This document shows positions 48,377 to 59,428 of a stretch of 64,000 nucleotides of DNA, one piece after another (within the stretch, counting starts at the first letter, position 1; every line of letters starts with the position of its first letter). Source of the DNA: Anaerohalosphaeraceae bacterium. Its GTDB lineage: Bacteria; Planctomycetota; Phycisphaerae; Sedimentisphaerales; Anaerohalosphaeraceae. A program made the translations under genes and the position numbers. The notes under the pieces are model-generated. The model did not search any database and was not told the origin of the DNA. It saw only the letters and a program-made list of their open reading frames with translations. Where the stretch lies: contig JBNRMN010000033.1 in the NCBI GenBank assembly GCA_050309605.1, positions 160,001 to 224,000 of the forward strand, read 5' to 3'.

Positions 48377-49789
48377 TCACAGCAACGGTGCGGCCAGACG
48401 AACAACGCCCTCAGCCAGGCTGCGCGCTAAGCCGGCCCGTCCGATGCCGCACTGGCAATGCGCCGCAAGTTGTTCAAGCCACCGTGCGGTTTGGAGGATT
48501 TCGTCGCGGCTGTAAACGAACATTGCAGACTCGTAATTGAAATAAAGACTTCGTATATCCATATTAGCCGAGCCGAGCACCGCCGTCTTGTCGTCCATCA
48601 GCAGCACCTTGGCGTGCATCATTCCCGCCGTGTAAAACAAAATCAATCCGCCGGCATCCTGTATCTGCCGCAGCCAATTGCCGCGTACGATATCCGGCAG
48701 CAGGTGGTTGGATCGCTGCGGCAAAAGAATGCGTACATCCACGCCGCGACGAGCCGCCAGCATCAGTGCCTGACAGAGCGGCTCATCGGGAACAAAATAC
48801 GGCGTAGCTACCCAAAATCGCTCCTGGGCCGCATAAATCATCGACAAAATCGCATCATACAGCGCATCGCCTTCCATATCCGGTCCGGACGGGACAAACT
48901 GCACCACGGCCTGTCCCATGGCTTCAGTATGGCGGGTTTCTTCCGGCGGCAGCGACGGCGTTTCGCCGCTGGCAAACTCCCAATCCCGACAGAACACCTC
49001 CTCCCAGTGCCGTACGGTCGGGCCTTGCAGTACAAACGCCAAATCCTGCCACTGTCCTGACATCTGGGCCGGGCCGATGTATTCGGCGCCGATGTTGGCG
49101 CCGCCGCCGATCACGGTCTTATAATCGGCAATGTAGATTTTGCGGTGGTTGCGCAGGTTGCTGCGTCCGCGGAAGGGGCGGTGCAGCACAGGCAAAAACC
49201 AGGCGACTTTACCGCCGGCGTCGGTAATTTTCCGCAGGTGCCGCGGGCGCGTGTGCAGCGACCCGACGCCGTCCATCAGTACTCGAACCGAGACGCCGGC
49301 GGCGGCCTTTTCGGCCAGCTTGTCGATAATCAACTGTCCGGACGGGTCGGGGCGGAAGATAAACGTCGAGATGTGGATGCTCTGCCTGGCCCCGTCGATG
49401 AGCTGCTCCAGGGCGGCAAAACGCTGCTCGGCGGTCGTGCACAACGTCAGCCGATGGCCGTCCTGAGCGCCGGGAATGCCATAGGACCGCACTATCCGGT
49501 CGGTAATGCAGGCCTGTTCGGGGGCAATGGCCATTGTGGTATCCAAACCCAGTCGCCGTTTTTCCTCCGCCCAGCGCCGCAGCTTGCGCCCGCCGAACAG
49601 CAGATACAGCGGCACCCCCAGATACGGGACCAGCACAATCATCAACAACCACGCGATCGTCCCCGAAGGGGAGTGCTTTTGCAGCAGGATGTGGGCGATT
49701 AGCACCACGCCCAGCAAAAACGAGCCGATCATAAACAAATACGTCAAAATCGACGTGATAACCAGACTATCCATATCCTGCGACGGCAT
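48377..49789 (-). CDS. cls: Cardiolipin synthase
   Basis: Two N-terminal TM helices, two HKD motifs (HRKIYIAD, HAKVLLMD), TPYFVP, GSANMD. Confidence 0.93.
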   Translation of the reverse strand: MPSQDMDSLVITSILTYLFMIGSFLLGVVLIAHILLQKHSPSGTIAWLLMIVLVPYLGVPLYLLFGGRKLRRWAEEKRRLGLDTTMAIAPEQACITDRIVRSYGIPGAQDGHRLTLCTTAEQRFAALEQLIDGARQSIHISTFIFRPDPSGQLIIDKLAEKAAAGVSVRVLMDGVGSLHTRPRHLRKITDAGGKVAWFLPVLHRPFRGRSNLRNHRKIYIADYKTVIGGGANIGAEYIGPAQMSGQWQDLAFVLQGPTVRHWEEVFCRDWEFASGETPSLPPEETRHTEAMGQAVVQFVPSGPDMEGDALYDAILSMIYAAQERFWVATPYFVPDEPLCQALMLAARRGVDVRILLPQRSNHLLPDIVRGNWLRQIQDAGGLILFYTAGMMHAKVLLMDDKTAVLGSANMDIRSLYFNYESAMFVYSRDEILQTARWLEQLAAHCQCGIGRAGLARSLAEGVVRLAAPLL

Positions 49790-50264
49790 ACTCGAAGCCC
49801 CTGTCTTGCAACCGGATTACAATCTGTGCGGCTGCTGTTGTCTCGGCGGCGGAATATCTCTTCTCGGTCAAGTTATCCTTATGCAACACAATGCGGATTC
49901 CACTAATACAGTTGCCCCCTGCAAAATCAAGCAAATTTCGACCCAAAAAGCAAAATCGCCGATCTAAACCCCTCACGAAAACTATTATAAAAGCTCGGAG
50001 CTGACTATTTCTCCGCACAAACGGCCTGAAAATTAACTTGACTTTTGGCCGGGTTAATGAGTATGGTGGATTGAGAGAAAAGAAACGGCGGCGGAGAATG
50101 ACTGACAAATGCCGACAATGCGACGGAGCGTTGAGAGGTATTGGCATACTGCTGGAATTCCCTATCTTCTTTTGTACTTTTGGTAATTTCACTTCTTTCC
50201 CATTGCGCGTGCTTATCGTAAGCAGCGCCACTTCTTTTTCACTCCTTTTTTGGAGGGTCAACCC

Positions 50265-51857
50265 ATGAGAAAACCTGTAATTCGTTTGTGGCTGCTCGTA
50301 CTCTGTTTGAGCCTTGTCAGCCGCTCGGCCCTGGCGGTGTATATGAAGATGGATCCGCCGCCGGATGCGGACAAGGCGTTCTTGTCCGGCAACAACTCCT
50401 GCTGGCTGGCGACCGCGGCCAATATGCTGGCCGGGGCCGGCTACGGCAACGGCAAAACGGTGCAGGAACGGGCCGATGACATCTACGGCGATCTGACGGC
50501 CAATTTCGGCACCGCCAACGGCGGCTGGACGGATACGGCCCTGACGTGGTGGCTGGCATCGGCGCACAACACCTGGCCGGGCAACCCTTACACCGTGGTT
50601 ACCGTCTATGGCAACAAAACCCGCACGCCGTGGGCCAACAGCAACGGGGCGCGATTCATCGGCAATGAACTGCGGCGCTGTCAGATGCTCGGATTGAGCA
50701 TCAGTTGGCCGCGAACGACCGCCGGCGGCAGTGCCGGCGGCGGCCATGCCATCGCTTGCTGGGGCGACAGCGGCGGCGAAGCCCTTCTGACCGGTGCCCC
50801 GACACAGGTCATTGTTACCGATTCGGACCGCGAAACCGGCGGCGATGTCCAGACCTATACCTATGACGGCTACACCAATCCCAACCCCGGCGGCTTCAAT
50901 GAAGGCAACGGCTGGTACATCAACTACAGCGGCAACCATCCGTTCATCAAGCACATCATTACGCTGTGCCCCACCGACGATCCCGGCGACCATGCCCTGA
51001 CACAAAAGGTGACCGGCAGCTACCGCATCCATCAGAATGTACGTTTCATGAACGCCATCGATTTGCATTACAAAGTCGGGACGGATGTGGATATCCTCAG
51101 CTATCGAACGCGGCTGGATTGGAACACCGCCAATCCGCCGAAGATAGAAGAAAACGCCTCCCCTCCGCGTGAGCTGACGGTGGATTGGGATTTGCGCGAT
51201 AACCCCGTGCCTTACTGCACCTGGGTGACCATCACCACCGAGTTCGTGGTGCCGTACTGGAATGCGATTTACTATCGAGATGTCCATTTTACGTATCCCG
51301 AACCGGGATTTGTCATTCGTTTTCCTGAATTTTACTGGCGGATTATCACGCCTGAAATTCAGGAAGCGCCTTCCCGGATCCCCAATGTGTCCGGCGGCTA
51401 CGTCATCGGGAGTTTTGATCTGATCGCCAGAGATGAAAAACAGTCTCCATCGGCAATCGTGGCGGCCGAATATCGGTTTATGCACGAATACGACTTTATG
51501 CAGGATCCCGAACTGCATTACTTTGAGCTGAACAGCAAGGAAGAAGAGCCGTTTATGATCGGCAATCTGCGGTTTGGACACAGCTACGGCAAGCTTGATC
51601 CGGAGGAATTATGGCAGTTCAACGACTGGATGACGCGGATTCCGGAACAATTTCCGATTCAGCAGCTTCCGCCTGTCGAACTGGACTGGAAAGAGCGGCT
51701 TCCTTATCCGGAAGGCGAAATCTATCAGGGCCAGTTCAAGCCGCTTGAGTGCAGCGTCTATTTCCCCGAAGACATCAATCAAGATTGCTGTGTCGATATC
51801 CAGGACTTTTCCCTGCTGGCGCGCCGCTGGCTGCAATGCACAACGCTTGATCGTTAA
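50265..51857 (+). CDS. Secreted papain-fold cysteine peptidase (IdeS/Mac-like) with C-terminal dockerin-like motif
   Basis: Signal peptide; NSCWLATAANML, HAIACWG, VIVTDSD; C-terminal EDINQDCCVDIQDFSLLARRWL. Confidence 0.75.
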   Translation: MRKPVIRLWLLVLCLSLVSRSALAVYMKMDPPPDADKAFLSGNNSCWLATAANMLAGAGYGNGKTVQERADDIYGDLTANFGTANGGWTDTALTWWLASAHNTWPGNPYTVVTVYGNKTRTPWANSNGARFIGNELRRCQMLGLSISWPRTTAGGSAGGGHAIACWGDSGGEALLTGAPTQVIVTDSDRETGGDVQTYTYDGYTNPNPGGFNEGNGWYINYSGNHPFIKHIITLCPTDDPGDHALTQKVTGSYRIHQNVRFMNAIDLHYKVGTDVDILSYRTRLDWNTANPPKIEENASPPRELTVDWDLRDNPVPYCTWVTITTEFVVPYWNAIYYRDVHFTYPEPGFVIRFPEFYWRIITPEIQEAPSRIPNVSGGYVIGSFDLIARDEKQSPSAIVAAEYRFMHEYDFMQDPELHYFELNSKEEEPFMIGNLRFGHSYGKLDPEELWQFNDWMTRIPEQFPIQQLPPVELDWKERLPYPEGEIYQGQFKPLECSVYFPEDINQDCCVDIQDFSLLARRWLQCTTLDR

Positions 51858-51889
51858 TCCGTCTTGCTGAACGGGATAAAAACGGCAAC

Positions 51890-51923
51890 AAAAAAGGGTG
51901 CGGCGGAAAAACCGTCGCACCCT
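51890..51923 (-). terminator. ppdK terminator
   Basis: AGGGTGCGACGG/CCGCCGCACCCT stem plus T-run on the minus strand. Confidence 0.7.
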
Positions 51924-51953
51924 GTCGGTCTTGGAGTCTAATTGTGCAAAGGG

Positions 51954-54764
51954 TTATTTCTTCTTTTTGCCCTTTGTGGCGGTGGTTTTCACCCGGCCGT
52001 GTTTGACGGCGGCCTGAGCGGCGGCCAGTCGCGCAATCGGCACGCGGAACGGAGAACAGCTCACATAATCCATCCCGGCCAGGAAGCAGAACTCCACACT
52101 GGCCGGATCGCCGCCGTGTTCGCCGCAGATGCCGATTTCGAGTTTCGGCTGGGTTGCCCGACCGCGCTCGATGCCAATGCGAATCAGCTCGCCGACGCCC
52201 TGCTCATCGATACTCTGGAACGGATCGCCCGGCAGAATATCCTTTTCAATATAAGCCGGCAGAAAACCGCCCGCATCATCGCGGCTGAAACCAAACGTCA
52301 TCTGCGTCAGGTCGTTCGTGCCGAAGCTGAAGAACTGAGCCGTCTGAGCGAACTGATCGGCCAACAGCGTCGCACGCGGTATCTCGATCATCGTACCGGT
52401 CATCGTTTTAATCCGACGCAGGTTATACTTGGAGCGCACTTCCTTATAGACGCGATCGACAATGGCCTGCTGATCGGTAAGCTCTTTGACATCGCAGGTC
52501 ACCGGAATCATGATCTCCGGATACGGCTTTTTGCCGGCCTTGGTCAATTCGGCGGCGGCCTCATAAATCGCACGCACCTGCATCTCGGTAATCTCCGGAT
52601 AGGTGACGCCCAGACGTACGCCGCGATGGCCCATCATCGGGTTGACCTCATCCAGGTTCTCAAATCGCTTGACCAGCTCGGCCATGTTGATATTCAGCGC
52701 CTTGGCCAGCTCTTTCTGCTTGCCTTCGTCATGCGGCACGAACTCATGCAGCGGCGGATCGAGCAGACGGATGACCACCGGCATCCCGTCCATTTCTTCG
52801 AGCGTGCCCTTGATGGCCTTCTTGACATACGGCTCCAGCTTATCGAGGGCCTCACGGCGTTCCTTGGTGCTCTTGGACAGGATCATTTTCCGCAGATAGA
52901 ACAGCGGCTCATCACTGCCTTCGCCATAGAACATATGCTCGGTACGGAACAGGCCGATGCCTTCAGCGCCAAAGGATTTGGCCTTGGCGGCGTCTTCAGG
53001 GGTATCGGCGTTGGTGCGAATGCCCATTGTGCGGCATTTGTCACAAATCTTCAGAAAGTCCATCAGCACTTTGTTTTCTTCGCCGGGATCCATCATCGGA
53101 AGCTGCCCGACATAGACATTGCCCTTTGTGCCGTTGAGCGTAATCCAGTCGCCCTCTTTCAGGACGGTGCCGTCAACTTGAATCTGCTTTTTGCTGTGCT
53201 CGATGTTCAACTCGCCGCAGCCGACGACGCAGCACTTGCCCCAGCCGCGAGCCACCAGCGCCGCGTGGCTGGTCATTCCGCCGCGTGCGGTCAAAATCGC
53301 CTCGGCGGCGCGCATGCCTTCAACGTCTTCGGGGTTGGTCTCTTCACGGACGAGAATGACTTTTTTGCCCTCGCTGACCCACCTGACCGCATCGGCGGCG
53401 GTAAAGACGATCTGCCCGGTAGCGCCGCCGGGGCCGGCCGGAAGACCGGACGCAAGCACGGGATGTTCTTTTTCGACCGTCGGATCAATGATCGGGTGCA
53501 GCAGCTCATCCAGTTGAGCCGGCGTGACACGGGTCACGGCGATGGCCGGGTTAATCAGCCGTTCCTTGACCATATCCACCGCCATTCGAATCGCCGCCGG
53601 GCCATTTCGTTTGCCCACACGGCACTGAAGCATCCACAGCCGACCCTTCTCAATGGTAAACTCGATGTCCTGCATATCGCGGTAGTGCTTTTCGAGTTTG
53701 TTCTTGATGGTTACAAGCTGCTTGTACAGTTTGGGCATACCTTTTTCGAGGGTGACCAGGTGTTTGTTGTATTCGGATTGCGAATCTTTATTAATCGGCG
53801 CCGGTGTCCGTGTTCCGGCCACGACGTCTTCACCCTGCGCGTTGACCAGATATTCGCCGTAAAATTTGTTTTCGCCGTTGCCGGGATTTCGTGAAAAGGC
53901 CACCCCGGTCGCGCAGTCGTCGCCCATATTGCCGAACACCATTACCTGCACGTTCACCGCGGTGCCCCACTCGTCCGGAATGCCTTCGATGCGGCGATAG
54001 CTGACGGCGCGCTTGCCGTTCCACGACGCAAACACGGCATGGACGCCGCCCCATAACTGTTCCATCGGATCGTCGGGGAAGGGCTTGCCAATAACGCTTT
54101 TGACCTTGGCCTTGAATTGTTCACACAGGTCTTTGAGGTCGTCGGCGGTCAACTCCACATCGTTGACATAGCCTTTTCGCTTTTTGACCTCATCCATCAG
54201 TTTTTCGAGCTGGCGGCGAATGCCCTGATCCTCTTTCGGCTCGATGCCCGCGGCTTTTTCCATCACGACATCCGAGTACATCATAATCAGACGACGGTAG
54301 GCGTCATACACGAACCGCTCACTGCCTGACTGGGCGATCATACCGGGGATGGTTTTGCTGGTCAGCCCGATATTCAGGACGGTTTCCATCATGCCCGGCA
54401 TCGACGAACGGGCTCCGGAACGGACGCTCATCAGCAGGGGGTTTTTGACGTCGCCGAACTTTTTGCCCATGATCCGCTCGGTTTTGGCCAGTGCTTTTTC
54501 GACTTCCTGCTTCAGGCCCATGGGATATTTGCGCTTGTTGGCGTAGTAATAGGTGCACACTTCCGTCGTGATCGTAAAACCCGGAGGAACCGGTACGCCA
54601 AGCGAAGCCATCTCGGCCAGGTTGGCGCCTTTGCCGCCCAACAACTCTTTCATCCCGGCGTTGCCGTCGGCCTTGCCGCCGCCGAAGAAATAGACCATCT
54701 TGCTGGGTTTCTTTGCGACCGTTTTCTTTTTTGTTGTTTTCGCCTTAGCCTTCGCCTTAGCCAT
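51954..54764 (-). CDS. ppdK: Pyruvate, phosphate dikinase
   Basis: LLGGKGANLAEM, SVRSGA, GGMTSHAA (phospho-His), GTNDLTQ, CGEHGG. Confidence 0.98.
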   Translation of the reverse strand: MAKAKAKAKTTKKKTVAKKPSKMVYFFGGGKADGNAGMKELLGGKGANLAEMASLGVPVPPGFTITTEVCTYYYANKRKYPMGLKQEVEKALAKTERIMGKKFGDVKNPLLMSVRSGARSSMPGMMETVLNIGLTSKTIPGMIAQSGSERFVYDAYRRLIMMYSDVVMEKAAGIEPKEDQGIRRQLEKLMDEVKKRKGYVNDVELTADDLKDLCEQFKAKVKSVIGKPFPDDPMEQLWGGVHAVFASWNGKRAVSYRRIEGIPDEWGTAVNVQVMVFGNMGDDCATGVAFSRNPGNGENKFYGEYLVNAQGEDVVAGTRTPAPINKDSQSEYNKHLVTLEKGMPKLYKQLVTIKNKLEKHYRDMQDIEFTIEKGRLWMLQCRVGKRNGPAAIRMAVDMVKERLINPAIAVTRVTPAQLDELLHPIIDPTVEKEHPVLASGLPAGPGGATGQIVFTAADAVRWVSEGKKVILVREETNPEDVEGMRAAEAILTARGGMTSHAALVARGWGKCCVVGCGELNIEHSKKQIQVDGTVLKEGDWITLNGTKGNVYVGQLPMMDPGEENKVLMDFLKICDKCRTMGIRTNADTPEDAAKAKSFGAEGIGLFRTEHMFYGEGSDEPLFYLRKMILSKSTKERREALDKLEPYVKKAIKGTLEEMDGMPVVIRLLDPPLHEFVPHDEGKQKELAKALNINMAELVKRFENLDEVNPMMGHRGVRLGVTYPEITEMQVRAIYEAAAELTKAGKKPYPEIMIPVTCDVKELTDQQAIVDRVYKEVRSKYNLRRIKTMTGTMIEIPRATLLADQFAQTAQFFSFGTNDLTQMTFGFSRDDAGGFLPAYIEKDILPGDPFQSIDEQGVGELIRIGIERGRATQPKLEIGICGEHGGDPASVEFCFLAGMDYVSCSPFRVPIARLAAAQAAVKHGRVKTTATKGKKKK

Positions 54765-55130
54765 CTTCAACGTCTCCTAAGTTTAGACTTCATTTATCCT
54801 TATATCGTTTTTACAACCGTTTCGCCTGGCCCCACACAGGCCTTGACGTGTGTCCTGATGTATTCTCGCAGTGGTTAAAGGAAATCGAATATAGTGTGCA
54901 AATGCGGCGATGTCAACAACGAAAAGCGGATTGATGTTGAAATTTCCGGCGATATTGATGTTTTATTTGAAAATTGATAAATTTACTTACAAGGTGAAGT
55001 ATGACTGGTTTTGTGTGTGCAGCGGGACGGTATCGTTCGTTGACGGCACAAAGGCGCACCCGCGCAGGCGTATAGTGTTTTTGGCTCGATGCCAGCGCCT
55101 GTCCGGCGCCTTCGGCAGCTTGCCGGCGGG

Positions 55131-56165
55131 CTACTTGTGGGAGGTCTCCTGTGCGGCTGAGCTGCGGTGCAGACTGCACGTCAGAACATTTTGACAGCGG
55201 CCTTTTTCGAACGCGGCGAGGTTGTCCAGCGTCGTTTCGGCGATGGCGGACACGGCGTTATGGGTAAAGAACGCCTGGTGGCCGGTGACGATGACGTTGG
55301 GGAACATCAGCAGCCGGGCAAACACATCGTCCTGAATGATCTGATCGGACAAATCGTCGAAGAACAAGTCGCCTTCTTCCTCATACACGTCCAGGCCAAG
55401 GTAGCCGATGCGCTGGCTCTTGAGGCCGTTGATGACCGCCTGCGTATCAATCAGCGCCCCGCGGCTGGTGTTGATCAGCATCACGCAGTCCTGCATCTTG
55501 TCAATCGCCTCGGCGTCGATGAGGTGGTGTGTCTGCGGCATAAGCGGACAGTGCAGCGTGATGATAAAGCAGCGGCGGTAGATCTCATCAAGGCTGACGT
55601 ACGTAACGCCCAGTTTCTCGCAGTCGGGGTTGGGCTGGATGTCATAGGCGTACAGCTCACAGCCGAACCCGTGCAGGATTCGGGCGACGATCTGACCGAT
55701 TTTGCCGGTGCCGACGATGCCGACGGGTGTGCCGTGCAGGTCAAAGCCCATCAAGCCGTCGAGTGAGAAATTGCCTTCACGCACCCGCTGATGCGCCCGG
55801 TGGATGCGGCGATTCAGCGCCAAAATCAGGCCCACGGTGTGCTCGGCGACCGCGTACGGCGAATAGGCAGGCACACGCACCACCGACAGGCCCAGCCGCT
55901 CGGCGGCTTCCAGATCGACGTTGTTAAAGCCCGCGCAGCGCAAGGCCACCAGACGCACGCCGAGTTCTTTGAGTCGTGTCAAAATCGGCGCATCGGCGGC
56001 GTCATTGACGAAGATGCACACCGCATCAAATCCCTTGGCCAGGTCAACGGTCTCGTCCGAGAGCCGCGGCTTGAAAAACGTCAACCTGTGGCCGAATCGC
56101 TCATTGGCCCGATGAAAAAACTCTTCCACATAGGGTTTCGTGTTGAATACTGCCATTTGAAGCAT
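55131..56165 (-). CDS. ldhA: D-lactate dehydrogenase (D-2-hydroxyacid dehydrogenase)
   Basis: [43 protein letters not shown]. Confidence 0.94.
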   Translation of the reverse strand: MLQMAVFNTKPYVEEFFHRANERFGHRLTFFKPRLSDETVDLAKGFDAVCIFVNDAADAPILTRLKELGVRLVALRCAGFNNVDLEAAERLGLSVVRVPAYSPYAVAEHTVGLILALNRRIHRAHQRVREGNFSLDGLMGFDLHGTPVGIVGTGKIGQIVARILHGFGCELYAYDIQPNPDCEKLGVTYVSLDEIYRRCFIITLHCPLMPQTHHLIDAEAIDKMQDCVMLINTSRGALIDTQAVINGLKSQRIGYLGLDVYEEEGDLFFDDLSDQIIQDDVFARLLMFPNVIVTGHQAFFTHNAVSAIAETTLDNLAAFEKGRCQNVLTCSLHRSSAAQETSHK

Positions 56166-56427
56166 GGGTGTTGACCTTTCTTATTCCTGATTATTTACTC
56201 TGGAATCGGGCAATTTGTTCGCCATAATAAGAATTCTAACTCATTATTGAAAATAAAGTTAAGAAATATTTTTACAAATTGCAATTATTTTATTTGGCGT
56301 TGAATCCGCGATGTGGTATGGTTACCTTGTGTGAAGTGTCTTCTTTCATCTCTCAAGAATATGCTTCCTTTAACCCAATCAGCGAGAGATACAGTTTAAG
56401 GGTCTGTTTCAGACCAAGGAGTACGCA

Positions 56428-56631
56428 GTGAGTACAGGTACAGTCAAGTGGTTTAATGCAAGCAAGGGTTTTGGGTTCATTTGCCCGGACGACGGCGGTC
56501 CCGATCTGTTCGTGCATCATTCTGAAATCAAAACCGGCGGTTACGCCACGCTCGATGAGAACCAGAAGGTGAACTTCGAGGTCGGCCAAGGCAAAAAAGG
56601 CCCGTGTGCCAACAATGTAACCCCGGCTTAG
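56428..56631 (+). CDS. csp: Cold-shock protein
   Basis: GTVKWFN..KGFGFI, LFVHHS; GTG start with AAGGAG SD. Confidence 0.97.
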   Translation: MSTGTVKWFNASKGFGFICPDDGGPDLFVHHSEIKTGGYATLDENQKVNFEVGQGKKGPCANNVTPA

Positions 56632-56656
56632 TCCGAACGTTCAGGTTGCATGTGAG

Positions 56657-56685
56657 AGGCCCCGCTTCACGGCGGGGCTTTTTTT
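56657..56685 (+). terminator. csp terminator
   Basis: GGCCCCGC-TTCACG-GCGGGGCT plus T-run. Confidence 0.8.
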
Positions 56686-56821
56686 ATGAATTAATTGCGT
56701 TTTTTGGGGAAAATTCCCGATTTTTTTGTTTACAAACCTCTTTTCCTCAAGTATAAATAACGTTCTTTGTGGAATGCGAGTCGAAACGAGTCTTCACTCT
56801 GTTTGAACAAGGATTTGAACG

Positions 56822-57058
56822 ATGGCACATAAAAAAGGACAAGGTTCATCAAGAAATGGGCGCGACAGCAACCCGAAATATCGGGGAGTCAAGCTTTTCG
56901 GCGGGCAGTCTGCCCAAGTCGGATCGATCATTGTGCGTCAACGCGGCACGCAGTTCAAGCCCGGCTTTAACGTCGGAATGGGGCGGGATTATACCCTTTA
57001 TGCAACTGCTGTGGGAAAGGTGCGGTTCACCGGTCGTCGCGTTGATATTGTCGCCTAA
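56822..57058 (+). CDS. rpmA: 50S ribosomal protein L27
   Basis: [24 protein letters not shown]. Confidence 0.98.
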   Translation: MAHKKGQGSSRNGRDSNPKYRGVKLFGGQSAQVGSIIVRQRGTQFKPGFNVGMGRDYTLYATAVGKVRFTGRRVDIVA

Positions 57059-57085
57059 GAAGACAATTTGTCTTTACAACACGGT

Positions 57086-57116
57086 AAAGCTCCAAAGTCG
57101 TTTTGGGGCTTTTTTT
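57086..57116 (+). terminator. rpmA terminator
   Basis: AAAGCTCCAAA/TTTGGGGCTTT stem plus T-run. Confidence 0.7.
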
Positions 57117-57331
57117 ATTTTTTTGAAGTAAATCGAGAGATTTTGTGAAACAGACACCTCCAAAAGCGTGTCTTACTTATAGGATGTGTTTTTGTGTGTG
57201 GTTTTTTGAAAATTATCATATTTTTTCATTTTTTTTGCCGGAAATCACGGCTCAAGAGGCATATATAAGTAGAGAGAAGAAAAAAGAGTTTGTCAGAGCG
57301 AGCAGAAACCGAAGAAACCGAGGAAAGCGAA

Positions 57332-57550
57332 ATGATTAAATTCAAGTGTACAAAGTGCGCCCATGAATACAAGGTCGCAGAAGAATACGGGGGCCGAAAG
57401 GTCCGTTGCAAGACTTGCAGCACGGTCAATGTGGTTCCGAAGCCCGATACAAGCGGGTGCGGTGACAGTTTGGCCCGATACAACAGCTTGCTCCAGGAAT
57501 TGCTTGAGTATGAAAAGCACGCTCCGACATACGAAGTCGAGAGCAAATAG
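57332..57550 (+). CDS. Small zinc-ribbon protein (MJ0042-like finger)
   Basis: MIKFKCTKC...GRKVRCKTC; GAGGA SD. Confidence 0.78.
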   Translation: MIKFKCTKCAHEYKVAEEYGGRKVRCKTCSTVNVVPKPDTSGCGDSLARYNSLLQELLEYEKHAPTYEVESK

Positions 57551-57653
57551 TCGCTTTATTCAGCCATTTGAGAGGGTCGGGCACGCCGACGGTGTTTTTA
57601 CAGCCGCAAGGGTTTTATTATAAGACCTTGCGGCTTTTTTGAGTACTCAAACG

Positions 57654-58388
57654 ATGCGCCTCTTTCGATTTTTTTGTGACCATCCCGCCGGAGACAGCGT
57701 TTTGCTGGATCCGATCCAATCGCGCCATCTCAATAAAGTTTTGCGTCTGAAAGTCGGCGACAAGGTGCAGATTTTTGATGGTAAAGGACTGCTTGCCGAT
57801 GCGCAGATTGAGACGATCACACGCGAGGGGGTTTGTGTGCATCTGCTCAAAAAGACACATATTCCCCCCGCCGCGTCAGGGCGCATCATTCTGGCGGTCA
57901 GCATGGCCCGCGGCGATCGGTTTGAGTGGATGGTGGAAAAATGCACCGAGCTGGGTGCCGACCACATCGCCGCGGTTCAGTTTCAGCGGACTGTTAAAAT
58001 GGGTAATGCGGCGTCGATTGATCGCTGTCATAAAATCGCCCTTGCAGCGGCCAAGCAATGCGGTCGGGTCTATTTGCCGATCTTGAGCGGGCCGGAATCA
58101 TTTGGAGAGGCGGTATGTCGTTTGCGTCAGCAATACGCCGAGGCGGAGTTGCTGTATGGGGATCCGGAGGGGCAATGGCTTGAGATGACCAGTGATTCGA
58201 CGGGTCGGGCGGATCGAATTGTGTGCATTGGGCCGGAAGGCGGTTTTTCCGATGAGGAACTCAGGCTTTTGGAAGATCACCAGGCCAGTCCGGTACGGGT
58301 TAATCGTCATATACTCCGTATTGAGACCGCGGCGGTCGCGTTTACAGCGGTACTGCGGCAGCATTCCAGCCTGCCGGAATCGACCTAA
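57654..58388 (+). CDS. rsmE: 16S rRNA m3U1498 methyltransferase
   Basis: HLNKVLRL, EKCTELG, AAKQCGR, IGPEGGFS, ILRIETAA. Confidence 0.95.
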   Translation: MRLFRFFCDHPAGDSVLLDPIQSRHLNKVLRLKVGDKVQIFDGKGLLADAQIETITREGVCVHLLKKTHIPPAASGRIILAVSMARGDRFEWMVEKCTELGADHIAAVQFQRTVKMGNAASIDRCHKIALAAAKQCGRVYLPILSGPESFGEAVCRLRQQYAEAELLYGDPEGQWLEMTSDSTGRADRIVCIGPEGGFSDEELRLLEDHQASPVRVNRHILRIETAAVAFTAVLRQHSSLPEST

Positions 58389-58523
58389 ACGGCCACCAGG
58401 GCGGCAGGGAAGGGTCCTACCTCACGTTTTTTCCTTTTGTGTAAACTCTTCACACCCAACCAGCATTTTCAACGTATAAAAGAGATGGAAAACGGATGTG
58501 GTCGCTGGGCGGGGAAACGAAGA

Positions 58524-59291
58524 ATGAAAAAATGTGACAGTCAAAATGCGGCTCAGGAACTGGCCGGTTTGCTGATGAAACTCAGCGAGGGTAGAAACGA
58601 CTCGCATATCCGTCGGCAAGCCAATCGGCTGATTACCCAAATCAGCCCCGATGATGTAGCGCGTGCGGAAAAACATCTGCTTGCCAGCGGGCTGTCGGCC
58701 AAAAAAGTCCAGCAGCTTTCCGCGGCCTTTGTGCTGATGGGCGTGCTGGACAGCGATGAGAACGATCTTCGACGTCGTTTGCCGGACGGACATATCCTGC
58801 GCAGAGTGATGGCCGAGCATGAAATCATTCGCTGTTTTCTTGCCGAGCTGGAAGAATTGAACGAGTACATTCAGCAGACGGAAAAGACAGGATCGGCCAG
58901 TTCGGAGATGATGCGTCTGGCGCACGTGGCCGAGCATTTGAATGCGATGGAAGAGCATGTGGACCGGGAAAACGATGTGCTGTTTCCGGTGCTCAAAGAG
59001 CTGGGGTGGGGGAGCTTGTTTATGCAGATACAAAACGATCATACGTATCTGAAAACAGCAGTCAGCGATTTGATCAAGTTGACGATTGCCTCTGAGCGTA
59101 TGGCGCCGGAGGTCTTCAAGGTGCGTCTGTCCAATACGGTTCGCTATCTGTGCCCGATGATGCGGGAGCATTTGTTTCACGAGGATCGGGTGCTGTTTCC
59201 GCTGGCGGTGGCGATGGTGGATGATCCGGCCGTCTGGCAGCGGCTCAAAACCGTCTGCTGCGAGATCGGCTACTGCGGCGTCCACCTGTAA
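58524..59291 (+). CDS. DUF438/hemerythrin-like domain protein
   Basis: GHILRRVMAEH, HVDRENDVLFP, EHLFHEDRVLFP, EIGY. Confidence 0.85.
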   Translation: MKKCDSQNAAQELAGLLMKLSEGRNDSHIRRQANRLITQISPDDVARAEKHLLASGLSAKKVQQLSAAFVLMGVLDSDENDLRRRLPDGHILRRVMAEHEIIRCFLAELEELNEYIQQTEKTGSASSEMMRLAHVAEHLNAMEEHVDRENDVLFPVLKELGWGSLFMQIQNDHTYLKTAVSDLIKLTIASERMAPEVFKVRLSNTVRYLCPMMREHLFHEDRVLFPLAVAMVDDPAVWQRLKTVCCEIGYCGVHL

Positions 59292-59428
59292 TGCCTTTGC
59301 CGGCAACCGCTTGGCAGACCGGGAACATTGCCTCAAGCGGTTGTTTAAGGGTGATCGGGTCATAACCGCCCGTTCAACGGTTTGTCATAGGCGGGGCGGT
59401 TTGTTCGGTTTGACAGCGGGCGTCGGAT

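Noticed and set aside
49767..51581. 604-aa minus-strand ORF
   Set aside because: Antisense to the secreted peptidase, which has a signal peptide and catalytic motifs
51942..53894. 650-aa plus-strand ORF
   Set aside because: Antisense shadow of ppdK
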